Source: Candidatus Heimdallarchaeum aukensis (GTDB lineage Archaea; Asgardarchaeota; Heimdallarchaeia; Heimdallarchaeales; Heimdallarchaeaceae). Taken from it: a stretch of DNA of 64,000 nt. The stretch spans positions 1,696,001 through 1,760,000 of the forward strand of contig CP084166.1 of assembly GCA_021513695.1 (NCBI GenBank). Reading direction: 5' to 3'. A model generated the notes under the pieces. The model searched no databases and was not told the origin of the DNA. It saw only the letters and a list, made by a program, of their open reading frames with translations. The translations under genes were made by a program, and so were the position numbers. Positions 46,804 through 56,366 of this stretch are shown here, one piece after another (the stretch's first letter is position 1; every line of letters begins with the position of its first letter).

Positions 46804-46813
46804 GGATAGAACT
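46804..46813 (+). repeat. Left copy of 10-bp target-site duplication GGATAGAACT flanking the IS element
   Basis: Identical 10-mer at 46804-46813 and 47576-47585, immediately outside the terminal inverted repeats. Confidence 0.6.
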
Positions 46814-47575
46814 GGTAGTGTCTAGTTTTTATACCACCTCCTAGGTAAAAAGGAACTAAGGGGAGGATGTCCTAAGCTCTGATGAGGACGAACGAAATTA
46901 TAATAGAGCATAAAGAGAGTAAGAAAACCAGAAAGATGAGTAGAGCCATAGACGGCACGGATAGGACAAGTGCAGTGGAGAATAGAATGAAACCAACGAT
47001 AACTCTTAAGAGTAGCATTAAAACGTTCAATATAGGAGCGTAAACCACCTTTGATAACGGAGATTTTAATACCGAGACGAAGTAAGACAGGATACCATAC
47101 CCCTGCATCTGTAACGACAATACGAGGCTTAGAACCCCAACATTTGAACCAATAACGAAAAGTTAGTAAACATTCAAGATTACTCCGTCCTTTAGTAATA
47201 CTAAAACCCAGTAAAGTCTTGTTGTAAGGATCTAACGCGAACCACATGTACATTGAGCCTTGAGAGGTCTTAATCTCTGTTTCATCTACTACTATAATCT
47301 CTGGTATTCCCCCTCTCTCTGCTACAACTCTATGTAAACTTTCCCTAAAGAGGCTGAATTTCTTTACCCAATACCATAGTGCCTGGTGTGTTAAACCATT
47401 CTTCCATGCTACTGTCCTCAACCCATTCTTTGAACCGATATATTCATAAATAGCTCTTATGATTATTTTCTTGGGGATTCTGCTCCCTTTAAAAAGGGAG
47501 TATATTCTTAGTTTGTTCATATTTTCACATTAGAATCCCCAATAATATTTTTGTCGGGAGAAACTAGACACCACC
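46814..47575 (-). mobile_element. IS6-family insertion sequence (762 bp) with ~15-bp terminal inverted repeats
   Basis: IRL ggtagtgtctagttt (46814-46828) vs IRR aaactagacaccacc (47561-47575): 14/15 complementary. Single 232-aa DDE transposase. Visibly GC-richer than surroundings. Flanked by direct repeats. Confidence 0.8.
46822..47520 (-). CDS. tnp: IS6-family DDE transposase
   Basis: D (IIVVDETEIK), D ~61 aa later (RIVVTDAGVWY), E 34 aa later (YIERFNATLK), giving DD(34)E spacing. YNFVRPHQSL integrase-core motif. N-terminal HTH. Confidence 0.8.
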   Translation of the reverse strand: MNKLRIYSLFKGSRIPKKIIIRAIYEYIGSKNGLRTVAWKNGLTHQALWYWVKKFSLFRESLHRVVAERGGIPEIIVVDETEIKTSQGSMYMWFALDPYNKTLLGFSITKGRSNLECLLTFRYWFKCWGSKPRIVVTDAGVWYPVLLRLGIKISVIKGGLRSYIERFNATLKSYRWFHSILHCTCPIRAVYGSTHLSGFLTLFMLYYNFVRPHQSLGHPPLSSFLPRRWYKN

Positions 47576-47585
47576 GGATAGAACT
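47576..47585 (+). repeat. Right copy of 10-bp target-site duplication GGATAGAACT
   Basis: See left copy. Lies ~10 bp upstream of the putative tfb TATA box (cttatata, 47596-47603). Confidence 0.6.
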
Positions 47586-47623
47586 ATAAGTCAAACTTAT
47601 ATAGTGGTCAGTTTTATATATCA

Positions 47624-48580
47624 ATGAAGAATATGCCCTACGATACTATTAACATATCTGGCGAGAATAAGACATCTTTACGACGTTGTCCAGATTGTAA
47701 CAGTACAAAATTAAATTTTGATTCACAACGAGGTGAAACAAGTTGTGCTATGTGTGGACTTGTAATTGAAGAAGGATTTATTGATACAAGTCAAGAGTGG
47801 CGGGCATACAACCATGATCAATTTGAAAAGCGAGCAAGAACAGGTTCTCCTAAAAACTTACTGACCTATGACAATTATGGGACTGTAATCAGTTATTCAA
47901 ATAAAGATATTTTTGGTAATAAAATTTCAGTTAAAAAAGCAAGTCAAATGTTTCGACTTCGAACATTACAAAGGAGAGCAGTTTTTCAGTATGGAACAGA
48001 AAGAAATCTACTATTTGCATTAAGCGAAATCAAGCGAATAGGAAGCCAATTAAATCTTCCACAGAAAATTCAAGAAACAGGTTCTATAATATATCGTAAA
48101 ATTCTGAAGACTGGACTAATTAGGGGGAGATCCACTGAATCTTTAGTTGCAGCCAGTGTATACTTAGCTTGTAGGTTAAATAAACAACCAGAGACACTAG
48201 ATGATGTAGCAAAAAAAACAAGACTATCTCGTAAAAAATTAGCAAGGAATTATCGTCTTTTATTGAAAAATCTAGATATAAAGATTCCTCTTGCTACTCC
48301 AGACACAAAATTAGAGAAATATGCTAGTATTCTTAATTTTCCTCCAGAAGTCGTTAATGAAGCCAAAGACATATTAGTCAAAGCAAAAGAAAAGAAGATA
48401 ACAGTAGGTAAAAACCCTAATTCTCTCGTTGCTGCTGCGTTGTACATATCTGCAATTAAAAATGGACATACTTGTGCACAAAAAACTATTTCTGAAGTTT
48501 GTCAAATTACCGAAGTAACGTTAAGAAATAGGTATAAACAGTTTCTTAAGACGCTAAAGATTAAGATTGTCTTGAAATAG
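47624..48580 (+). CDS. tfb: Transcription initiation factor TFB (TFIIB homolog)
   Basis: N-terminal Zn ribbon CPDCNSTKLNFDSQRGETSCAMCGLV, B-finger/linker, two cyclin-like repeats. Confidence 0.95.
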   Translation: MKNMPYDTINISGENKTSLRRCPDCNSTKLNFDSQRGETSCAMCGLVIEEGFIDTSQEWRAYNHDQFEKRARTGSPKNLLTYDNYGTVISYSNKDIFGNKISVKKASQMFRLRTLQRRAVFQYGTERNLLFALSEIKRIGSQLNLPQKIQETGSIIYRKILKTGLIRGRSTESLVAASVYLACRLNKQPETLDDVAKKTRLSRKKLARNYRLLLKNLDIKIPLATPDTKLEKYASILNFPPEVVNEAKDILVKAKEKKITVGKNPNSLVAAALYISAIKNGHTCAQKTISEVCQITEVTLRNRYKQFLKTLKIKIVLK

Positions 48581-48671
48581 CTTTTAATTTTTAGTAAAAA
48601 GAGTTTTAATAAGTAGAATTTGTAAAACCATATAAAGTAGAGTTTTTATAATCAATTATTTTTATTACTCA

Positions 48672-49010
48672 GTGAGTATAATGAGTCTAAAAGAACGACT
48701 AGAGCAATTTGCTCAAGAAATGAAAGATTGGGAAACTCGAAAAACATCTATAATGGGAGTCGAAATTGCAAAGCTTCCCTCTAAAGAGGGAGAATTGAAT
48801 CTCGCCCTAAAAATAATTCCAACTGATGAAGAAGGAAAACCACTTAAAAGAAAAGGTGTTTTTATTACCAGTTTAGAACAATGGGATTCTATGAAACGTA
48901 TCTTTAATGACGAAAAAGCTACAGAGCTCATAGAGAATATAGAAAAAATGAGACAAAAACGAGAAATAAAAGAGGATAAAGAAGATACTGGAGAAGTATT
49001 TGAACTGTAA
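48672..49010 (+). CDS. Hypothetical protein
   Basis: 112 aa, charged. No motif recognised. Confidence 0.3.
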   Translation: MSIMSLKERLEQFAQEMKDWETRKTSIMGVEIAKLPSKEGELNLALKIIPTDEEGKPLKRKGVFITSLEQWDSMKRIFNDEKATELIENIEKMRQKREIKEDKEDTGEVFEL

Positions 49011-49036
49011 TTTCTTTTTTTTCTTGAGGGTTTTAA

Positions 49037-50338
49037 ATGAAGGCTGTTATTCTCGCTGCAGGAAAAGGGGAAAGGCTAAGACCTTTAACAGAAACTACCC
49101 CAAAACCTATGTTAAAGCTTTTAGGAAAAACGATTATTGAGCGTCAATTTCTTGCTTTAGCAGAAGCTGGGGTAAAAGAATTCATTGTTGTTACAAATTA
49201 CATGGAAGAAAAAATACAAGAACATATTGCTTCAATTGCTCCACCCTACACATCTATAATTTTTGTTCATCAAAAGAAAGTTAGGGGGACTGCTGACGCA
49301 TTTCTAAGCGTGAAGCATTATCTTGATGAGGACTTCTTTATAGGTTTGAATGGGGACTGTGTATACTCGCCACAAACAATAGAAAAAGCTGTAAACATCC
49401 TGAAAGACAAGAAAATTGGATTAGGGGGCAGATTAGTAAAGGACACTCATAATTATGGAATAATACAGCTAGATGATGAATATCCTACCGCAATTATTGA
49501 GAAGCCTCCAAAAGGAGAAATAGAGGAAGGGTATGCAAATATCGGTATTTATGTATTACCAACTGGAATAATAGATATTTTAGAAGATATGATCAAACAA
49601 AAGGAAATCTCTTCAAGAGGAGAATATGAATTTCCAACAGCCATAAACAAGCTTATTTCCTATAGTGACTACAAAACTGCATTAATAAAGGTAGAAGAAA
49701 ACGATTATTGGTTTGATATTGGATTACCTTGGACTTTACTGGAAGCTAATCAGAAACTCCTTTCTTTATGTGAAGAAGAAAAAGAAGGAAAAATAGAAGA
49801 TAATGTTCATATTGAAGGAAAAGTTATCATAAAAAAAGGTGCTATTGTTAGAAGTGGAGCATATATACAAGGGCCAGTATTTATTGATGAAGGAGCAGAT
49901 ATTGGTCCAAATTGCTACATACGTAAATACACCTACTTAGGAAAAAACACTAGAATAGGAAATGCTTGTGAAGTGAAGAATTCTATTATCTATGATGGAA
50001 CACATGCAGGACACTTGTCTTATATTGGCGATAGCATAATTGGAGAAAATTCTAATTTCGGAGCTGGAACAATAACTGCTAATTTAAGACTGGACGATAG
50101 AACGGTTAAAATGTTTATCAAAAACGAGAGAGTCGACAGTCAAAGAAGAAAGCTAGGGGCAATCATAGGTGACAATGTAAAAACGGGTATTGGAGCATTG
50201 TTTATGCCTGGTGTAAAAATAGGACATGACACATGGATCGGAGCAGGAACAATCGTTAATGAAGATGTAGAATCTAAAATGATATATTATTCAAAACCTA
50301 AAAATATACAAAAAGGAAAAGAATCTAATGTTGGTTAG
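49037..50338 (+). CDS. Bifunctional sugar-1-phosphate nucleotidyltransferase / left-handed beta-helix acyltransferase (GlmU-like)
   Basis: MKAVILAAGKGERLRPLTETTPKPM NTP-transferase signature. C-terminal hexapeptide repeats (IGDNVKTGIGALFMPGVKIGHDTWIGAGTIV). Confidence 0.75.
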   Translation: MKAVILAAGKGERLRPLTETTPKPMLKLLGKTIIERQFLALAEAGVKEFIVVTNYMEEKIQEHIASIAPPYTSIIFVHQKKVRGTADAFLSVKHYLDEDFFIGLNGDCVYSPQTIEKAVNILKDKKIGLGGRLVKDTHNYGIIQLDDEYPTAIIEKPPKGEIEEGYANIGIYVLPTGIIDILEDMIKQKEISSRGEYEFPTAINKLISYSDYKTALIKVEENDYWFDIGLPWTLLEANQKLLSLCEEEKEGKIEDNVHIEGKVIIKKGAIVRSGAYIQGPVFIDEGADIGPNCYIRKYTYLGKNTRIGNACEVKNSIIYDGTHAGHLSYIGDSIIGENSNFGAGTITANLRLDDRTVKMFIKNERVDSQRRKLGAIIGDNVKTGIGALFMPGVKIGHDTWIGAGTIVNEDVESKMIYYSKPKNIQKGKESNVG

Positions 50339-51938
50339 AGAACAAAACGCAATAAAGAAAGAGTGGAACGAGGAAAAAATCAAAATCGGTTTAGTATATC
50401 CTCAAACTTATCGCGTGGCTATGACCTCATTAGCGATACAATTACTTTATTTTCTTTTTAATAGTTGGGATAATTTCATCTGCGAAAGAATATTTAAACC
50501 CTTAAACCCTACTCAAAACCCTTATTCTTTAGAAAGTCAGAAAAATATGAAAGATTTTGATATTATAGCTATTTCATGTCAATTTGAATTTGATTATATT
50601 TATGCAATAGAGATGCTTCAAAAAGCGGGAATAGAACCTGATGTGAGGAAAAGAAAAGAAAGTGATCCTCTCATTATGATAGGAGGACCATCTGTAACTG
50701 TAAACCCCTTCCCTATATTGTTTGTACCTGATATTTTTTTCTTAGGCGATTTTGAACCAGTTGAAAGACTATTCAGAAACGCGCTCAGCGAAAAGTCAAA
50801 GAGATTAAGAATTGAATCATTGTTAGATATCCCTGGTGTCATTGGCTATAATCATTCTTATGATAAAAATGGTAAATGGATAGGACAAAAAGCTAGATCG
50901 GTAAAGATTAAAGATTTCTCAAATACTTTTTACCCAATAAAGCAAATTATTCCTGAAAATGTTCAAGGAACAAAAAATGAACCTGTATTTGGAAAAGCAT
51001 ATTATTTAGAAACAGATAGAGGATGCAACCAAAGATGTAACTTTTGTATGGTTGGCCATTGCCGCTTTCCTAGAGTTGGTCGAACTCTGGAACAATTAAC
51101 TGAAATTATAGATCTTGCTTCAGAACAAAATGATTTTGATAAAGTTATAATTTACGGGAGTGCAGTAGCGCAATCAGGAAATTTGGACAAATTACTAGAG
51201 CATATTGTTAATTTAGGATACGAAGTCTCTTGTTCTTCATTCAGAGCTGACTATATAACAGAGGAACTACTCACAATTTTGAAGAATGGTGGCCAAAGAA
51301 CTTTAACTTTAGCTCCAGAAACAGGAGATGAAGAATTAAGATTAGACATAAACAAAATTATGTACGATGAAGATATTTTTAATGCTGTTGATATTGCATG
51401 GAAAACAGGATTTAGGCAATTAAAGCTATATATGATCTATGGTTTCCCCTTTGAAGACGAAATAGTAGAACAAAGAAATATTGATTTTGTTAAAAATATA
51501 AGAAAAAAATATTTTCCCACTGGAAAAATTTCAGTTTCAATTAATCAGTTTATTTCTAAAGCAAACACACCATTTCAATTTGCGCCAATGCTCACAATTA
51601 AAGATTCCAAGATGAAACAACAAAAGTACAAGAAAGAGATTTACCAAATAAAAAATACCACCCCTGGATTCTATGAACCAGAGTGGGCAGCTATCCAAAA
51701 GATACTATCATTAAGAGATCAAACTTACTTTCCATTTTTATTAGAAATAGCACAATTGAAGAATACTATTGGCAATTGGAAGAGATTATTAAAGAAAAAC
51801 AATAACAGTTTTGATAAAGAATTACTCTGGCATCCAGAAATAAAAGACGAACTGCCTTGGGACAACATAACACACAATCTGTCCAAAAAAACAGTAGTAG
51901 CAGCATATCTAAAATATCGGGACAAAAGAGCAAAATAG
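50328..51938 (+). CDS. Radical SAM protein with N-terminal B12-binding-like domain
   Basis: TDRGCNQRCNFCMVGHC CxxxCxxC cluster motif at ~residue 235 within a ~536-aa protein. 11-bp overlap with the upstream GlmU-like gene. Confidence 0.7.
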   Translation: MLVREQNAIKKEWNEEKIKIGLVYPQTYRVAMTSLAIQLLYFLFNSWDNFICERIFKPLNPTQNPYSLESQKNMKDFDIIAISCQFEFDYIYAIEMLQKAGIEPDVRKRKESDPLIMIGGPSVTVNPFPILFVPDIFFLGDFEPVERLFRNALSEKSKRLRIESLLDIPGVIGYNHSYDKNGKWIGQKARSVKIKDFSNTFYPIKQIIPENVQGTKNEPVFGKAYYLETDRGCNQRCNFCMVGHCRFPRVGRTLEQLTEIIDLASEQNDFDKVIIYGSAVAQSGNLDKLLEHIVNLGYEVSCSSFRADYITEELLTILKNGGQRTLTLAPETGDEELRLDINKIMYDEDIFNAVDIAWKTGFRQLKLYMIYGFPFEDEIVEQRNIDFVKNIRKKYFPTGKISVSINQFISKANTPFQFAPMLTIKDSKMKQQKYKKEIYQIKNTTPGFYEPEWAAIQKILSLRDQTYFPFLLEIAQLKNTIGNWKRLLKKNNNSFDKELLWHPEIKDELPWDNITHNLSKKTVVAAYLKYRDKRAK

Positions 51939-52300
51939 TAAATAGAGCAAGCATAGAACTTTCTCGAGAGCAAGATTGGTGTACAATCATTTTTACAAAA
52001 ATCAAGTGGATAGTAATACAGATGTTTATAAAGAGAATGCAGTATCTTGCGTTAAGGTGGGGTTATTAGATGAGTGTCTTTACAAGAAGCACTTATCTTT
52101 TAGGCAGAGGAAGTTACCTTTTTGTCTACTGGAGAAACGATAATTATTCTCTCTTAAGGTAATATTTAAAAAAATACTCTATTCGTTTCTTTTAGAGGAT
52201 AAAAAGACAGTATAACAAATCAATAATTCGTCGGTTTATCCATTGAAACGCGAAGCTCGATTAATAATATCATTAATGTCGAGCGCCACGAAGAAAGATC

Positions 52301-52783
52301 GTGGGATCAAAAAAAAAGGTGATTAAGATTTCGCATGAATCTGGATTTAGGTATTTAGTACGTGTAATGAGCACTGATATAAAAGGTGATTTACCAATCC
52401 ATATAGGATTGACAAGAATAAAAGGAGTTAACAGGCGTTTAGCGACTCTTATTGCTAATAAACTTGAGATCTCTTTAGATACTAGAATTGGGACGCTTAC
52501 TGAAAAATCAATCAAAGATATTGAAGCTATTTTAGCGAACCCATTAGAATATAATATTCCTCCTTATCTGTTAAATCGTCGAAAAGATCGTTTTTCTGGT
52601 GAGGATAGGCATATTACTGAAGCACAGTTGGTCTTAACAACTAAACAAGATATCGAGAGGTATATTAGAACTCGTTCTCGTCGTGGAATTAGACACCAAT
52701 ATGGTTTGAAGGTTAGAGGTCAACGAACTAGAACACATGGTAAGAAAGGTACCACTGTGGGTGTTTCAAAGAAGAAAAAATAA
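52301..52783 (+). CDS. rps13: 30S ribosomal protein S13 (S18e)
   Basis: FRYLVRVMSTDIKGDLPIHIGLTRIKGVNRRLA canonical S13 N-terminus. First gene of the S13-S4-S11 cluster. Confidence 0.9.
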   Translation: MGSKKKVIKISHESGFRYLVRVMSTDIKGDLPIHIGLTRIKGVNRRLATLIANKLEISLDTRIGTLTEKSIKDIEAILANPLEYNIPPYLLNRRKDRFSGEDRHITEAQLVLTTKQDIERYIRTRSRRGIRHQYGLKVRGQRTRTHGKKGTTVGVSKKKK

Positions 52784-52797
52784 GGAAGGTGTAGATA

Positions 52798-53439
52798 ATG
52801 GGTGGAATTCGTAGACACAGAAAGAAGATTGTAACTCCTGGTCATCCTTATGACAGTGAGAGATTGATTAATGAGCTTGTATTTGTTGGAGAGTATGGTC
52901 TCAGGAATAAGAGAGAATTGTGGAAAGCCAGAACTATTCTTTCTACAGCTAGAGCTCAAGCTAGAAGGCTCTTAGCCCAACCAGCTGATATTCGAGAACA
53001 AAGAGAAAAAGAATTGCTTTCAAGATTAACTCGTTTAGGTTTACTCCCTCCAGGAGCAGATTTAGATACTGTTCTAGCTCTTGATGTTAGATCAGTACTT
53101 AATCGTCGGTTACAAACTATTGTATTTAACAAAGGTTTAGCTCGTTCACCTTATCAAGCGAGACAATTTGTTGTACATCGCCATATTGCTTTAAACGGTA
53201 GAGTAGTTACTTCTCCAGGAAGATTAATTACTGTTGAAGAAGAAGATTTAATATCTTATGCACCCCGTTCACCTCTCAACAAAGATGATCATCCAGCAAG
53301 ACCTCAAGCAACTCCAGCTTTTGAAGAAAAAGGTAAAACTAAACCTGGTAGGTCTAAAGACAATATAAAAAATAATGATGAAAGTGCAGGACCAGAAAAC
53401 GCTGAGGAAGTAGAAACTCTAGAAAAAATTGAAGGATAA
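52798..53439 (+). CDS. rps4: 30S ribosomal protein S4 (S9e)
   Basis: GHPYDSERLINELVFVGEYGLRNKRELWKARTIL and S4 domain. Confidence 0.9.
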   Translation: MGGIRRHRKKIVTPGHPYDSERLINELVFVGEYGLRNKRELWKARTILSTARAQARRLLAQPADIREQREKELLSRLTRLGLLPPGADLDTVLALDVRSVLNRRLQTIVFNKGLARSPYQARQFVVHRHIALNGRVVTSPGRLITVEEEDLISYAPRSPLNKDDHPARPQATPAFEEKGKTKPGRSKDNIKNNDESAGPENAEEVETLEKIEG

Positions 53440-53458
53440 AGGAGACGAGGTGTAAGAA

Positions 53459-53854
53459 ATGAGTAAGAAAAATATCAGATTTGGCATAGCTCATATTTAC
53501 AGCAGCTATAATGACACAATTGTTCATATAACTGATCTATCAGGAGCAGAAACATTTAGTAGAAAAAGCGGAGGAATGTTTGTAAAAGCAGATAGAAACG
53601 AGTCAAGCCCATATGCTGCAATGAAAGCTGCTAGTGAAGCGGCAAATGAAGCAATGGATAAGGGAATAACTGGTTTATATGTTCGCTATAGAGCACCTGG
53701 TGGTCATAAAAATAGAACTCCAGGACCAGGAGTTCAAGCTGCATTAAGAGCTTTAAAAAGAGCAGGAATGAGAATAGTTAGATTAGAAGATGTTACTCCT
53801 CTTCCAACTGATGGTACCAGAAGAAAAGGTGGCCGTCGAGGAAGAAGAATGTAA
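53459..53854 (+). CDS. rps11: 30S ribosomal protein S11 (S14e)
   Basis: [48 protein letters not shown] canonical S11. Confidence 0.9.
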   Translation: MSKKNIRFGIAHIYSSYNDTIVHITDLSGAETFSRKSGGMFVKADRNESSPYAAMKAASEAANEAMDKGITGLYVRYRAPGGHKNRTPGPGVQAALRALKRAGMRIVRLEDVTPLPTDGTRRKGGRRGRRM

Positions 53855-53962
53855 GACTTTTTTTCTTTCTTTATTTTTCATTTATTTTGAATTTACAAAT
53901 ACTATTTTAGACAGAATTTTTTCTAAATATTTATAATTTAGTTTTTAATAACTTTCTTCATA

Positions 53963-54847
53963 ATGGGTTTTCTAAAAGTGAGTGACAATTGTATCTTATG
54001 TGGAAGATGTGTAGATATATGCCCTAGATACATTTTTCAAATCGATAAAACAAAATCTAAGAAAGTAATAATTAATGAGAATGTTCAATATTGTCACGAT
54101 TGTGGACATTGTGTTGCAATCTGTCCCCAAGATGCAATAGTTAATACTAGAATGGGAGATAATCTGGATGTAGATTTTCCTTTAGTTCCTTCAAATATTG
54201 ATTATGAAAAAGCTTTATCTTTTATTCGCTTAAGAAGATCAATAAGGAAATTTAAATCAGAACTTATCTCTGAGGAAAAGGTTAAGCAACTCTTAGAATT
54301 TAGTAGATTTGCGCCTACTGGCCACAATACTAACGCAGTTGAGTATACGATAATTATTGGAAGAGACAAAATTGATGTCTTATGGGGAGAAACAATACAA
54401 TTGATGAAGGAAGTGATACGCAAAATTAACAATCCATTTTGGGTTGGAATAGCCTTTTTAGCTGGAAAAAAGAATTTTGTAAATGAAGCTAAAAAAAACG
54501 AATATAGATTAAATAGCCATATTATTAACTTTGAGAATAAGAAGGATACTATTTTCCATGGAGCACCTATGTTGATTTTACTGCACACAGGAAAAAAAGC
54601 TGCAAGCCCTATTGAAGATTGCGCGATCGCTTCAGAAAACATCATGCTAGGAGCGAATACATTGGGGTTAGGAGCAACAATTATTGGTTATTTTGTTAGA
54701 GCTTGGAAACATTCAAAAAAGATAAAAAAACTTGTAAACCTGCCAAAAGGCCATATTCTCCATTCTTGTTTAAGCGTGGGTGTTCCAACTTACAATTTTA
54801 GAAGACTAGTTCCGCGACCAGAGCCAAATATCTCTTTTATAAAATAG
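53963..54847 (+). CDS. Nitroreductase-family flavoprotein with N-terminal 2x[4Fe-4S] ferredoxin domain
   Basis: CILCGRCVDICP and CHDCGHCVAICP clusters, followed by nitroreductase-like fold (RRSIRKF, GHNTNAVEY). Confidence 0.7.
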   Translation: MGFLKVSDNCILCGRCVDICPRYIFQIDKTKSKKVIINENVQYCHDCGHCVAICPQDAIVNTRMGDNLDVDFPLVPSNIDYEKALSFIRLRRSIRKFKSELISEEKVKQLLEFSRFAPTGHNTNAVEYTIIIGRDKIDVLWGETIQLMKEVIRKINNPFWVGIAFLAGKKNFVNEAKKNEYRLNSHIINFENKKDTIFHGAPMLILLHTGKKAASPIEDCAIASENIMLGANTLGLGATIIGYFVRAWKHSKKIKKLVNLPKGHILHSCLSVGVPTYNFRRLVPRPEPNISFIK

Positions 54848-54864
54848 AAATTAACAAAAGATGC

Positions 54865-55548
54865 TTAATATAGTTGTTCCAAGAGCCTATCAAGATGTTT
54901 TATCATTTCTTTTCTTAATACTTCTTTAGGTGGTTTTTCTAGAGTTTTAATAGCTGTCAAATCTTGTTCTAATATAATATGAGCTGCTATAGTACGAAGT
55001 ATATCATTGTACACACTTTCTGGAAGTTGATGTTCAACACTTGCTATAGGTTCTGCTTTGATCGTTTTTTTCTTTGCTCTAACCGTAGATTTAACAACAG
55101 CTTTTTCTTTTGGAACAATCATTTTTTCTCCAGAGACTAGTGCTCTTTCTTGTTCTTCTATTGCTTGAAAGGTTGTTTTTTCTGTCTTAATGTCTACTGG
55201 CTTCATTACCTCCCGTATTGTTTCTTTACCAAAATCTTCTAATTTTCCTGCAAATATCTCTTGCAATTTTTCTTCTGATTCTTCGTGCTCGATATTTACA
55301 ATCTTATACTTAGAAGAAAAGAATCTTGCATTTAGATTAGTTGCAGCTCTCCCTGCAGCATAAGCTAATGATCTGGTTATACCTGGTTTTCTGTATATCC
55401 AGATCTTTTTTGGTTCCCGAGCTAAAATTAAATATGCCCCATTACCTTTCTCCAAACTTGAAATATCAGCACCTACCTCTGAATAACTCCCATCTTTTTT
55501 TACCGAGAAGATTCTTATTGTCATTGGATCCCCCTTAAAATTACACAC
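54865..55548 (-). CDS. Gelsolin-domain protein with unrelated C-terminal extension (Asgard gelsolin-like candidate)
   Basis: N-terminal ~90 aa (from MTIRIFSV): IRIFSVKKDG..EVGADISSLEKGNGAYLILAREPKKIWIYRKPGITRSLAYAAGRAA parallels the gelsolin G1 core ([50 protein letters not shown]). Confidence 0.4.
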   Translation of the reverse strand: MCNFKGDPMTIRIFSVKKDGSYSEVGADISSLEKGNGAYLILAREPKKIWIYRKPGITRSLAYAAGRAATNLNARFFSSKYKIVNIEHEESEEKLQEIFAGKLEDFGKETIREVMKPVDIKTEKTTFQAIEEQERALVSGEKMIVPKEKAVVKSTVRAKKKTIKAEPIASVEHQLPESVYNDILRTIAAHIILEQDLTAIKTLEKPPKEVLRKEMIKHLDRLLEQLY

Positions 55549-55607
55549 TAGTAATATAATCAGAAGGGAATACTAAAATTTTTCCTTTTTTCTTCAAACT
55601 AAATGTA

Positions 55608-56327
55608 CTATTCTGCATAAAGAGTTTTATCTTCTATATTTGCATTTGAAAACGCTCTTTTTCTTCGTAAACAGCTTTCACATTTTCCGCAATGAATTGG
55701 TCTTCTATCTTTAGTCCATCCAGTAAGTCTGTAACATGAAGACGAAAACTCATATTTTGCACTTTTTTCATTTAGAAACAACACAATATCCTTTTTATCA
55801 GAAGCAATAAAAGGAGAAATAACTTTTACTTCATTCATACAACCAAGTTTCATAGCGGCATTCATTCGTTCAACAAAATCTTTGGTGTTGTCAGGAAAGG
55901 TTTCTCCCTCTTCTATATTTGCACCAAAGATGATATCTACTGTATTTTTTTCGCTGTCTGCTGCCGATGCAGCTATAGACAAAAATAGTAAATTTCTACC
56001 TGGAACCCACACTTTTTTTGCAGAATCTATGGTTATATCCTTGTCATCTAGTTTTTCAAATTCTTTAAATTCAGGGAGTTCTTCTACAGATTGAGAGAGA
56101 TTGGAACCTGCTTTAGCAGTAAACTCCTTTAGAAATGGCAGAGAGATAATTTTTGATTCTATAGAGAAAAAATCTGCAAATGTCTTATTAGTTCTCTCTA
56201 TTACTTCATCTTCTTTACTCCCATACAAGAATGATAGTAAAGAGACTGAATCATATTTTTCTAATGCCCAATACAAGCAAGCTGTAGAATCTAATCCTCC
56301 TGAAAATAATACTATGGCTTTTTTCAT
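55608..56327 (-). CDS. queC: 7-cyano-7-deazaguanine synthase QueC
   Basis: PP-loop SGGLDST. C-terminal Zn site CGKCESC. Confidence 0.85.
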   Translation of the reverse strand: MKKAIVLFSGGLDSTACLYWALEKYDSVSLLSFLYGSKEDEVIERTNKTFADFFSIESKIISLPFLKEFTAKAGSNLSQSVEELPEFKEFEKLDDKDITIDSAKKVWVPGRNLLFLSIAASAADSEKNTVDIIFGANIEEGETFPDNTKDFVERMNAAMKLGCMNEVKVISPFIASDKKDIVLFLNEKSAKYEFSSSCYRLTGWTKDRRPIHCGKCESCLRRKRAFSNANIEDKTLYAE

Positions 56328-56366
56328 TGTGAAACAAGAATGGAAGATGTTTTTTTATTTTTCTGT

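Noticed and set aside
46862-46888. Hammerhead-ribozyme-like core CUGAUGAG...CGAAA (agctCTGATGAGgacgaacGAAAtt)
   Set aside because: It lies inside the IS6 transposase coding region on the non-coding strand. The bases between CUGAUGA and GAAA cannot form a stem II, and no stem I/III partners are evident. Chance occurrence.
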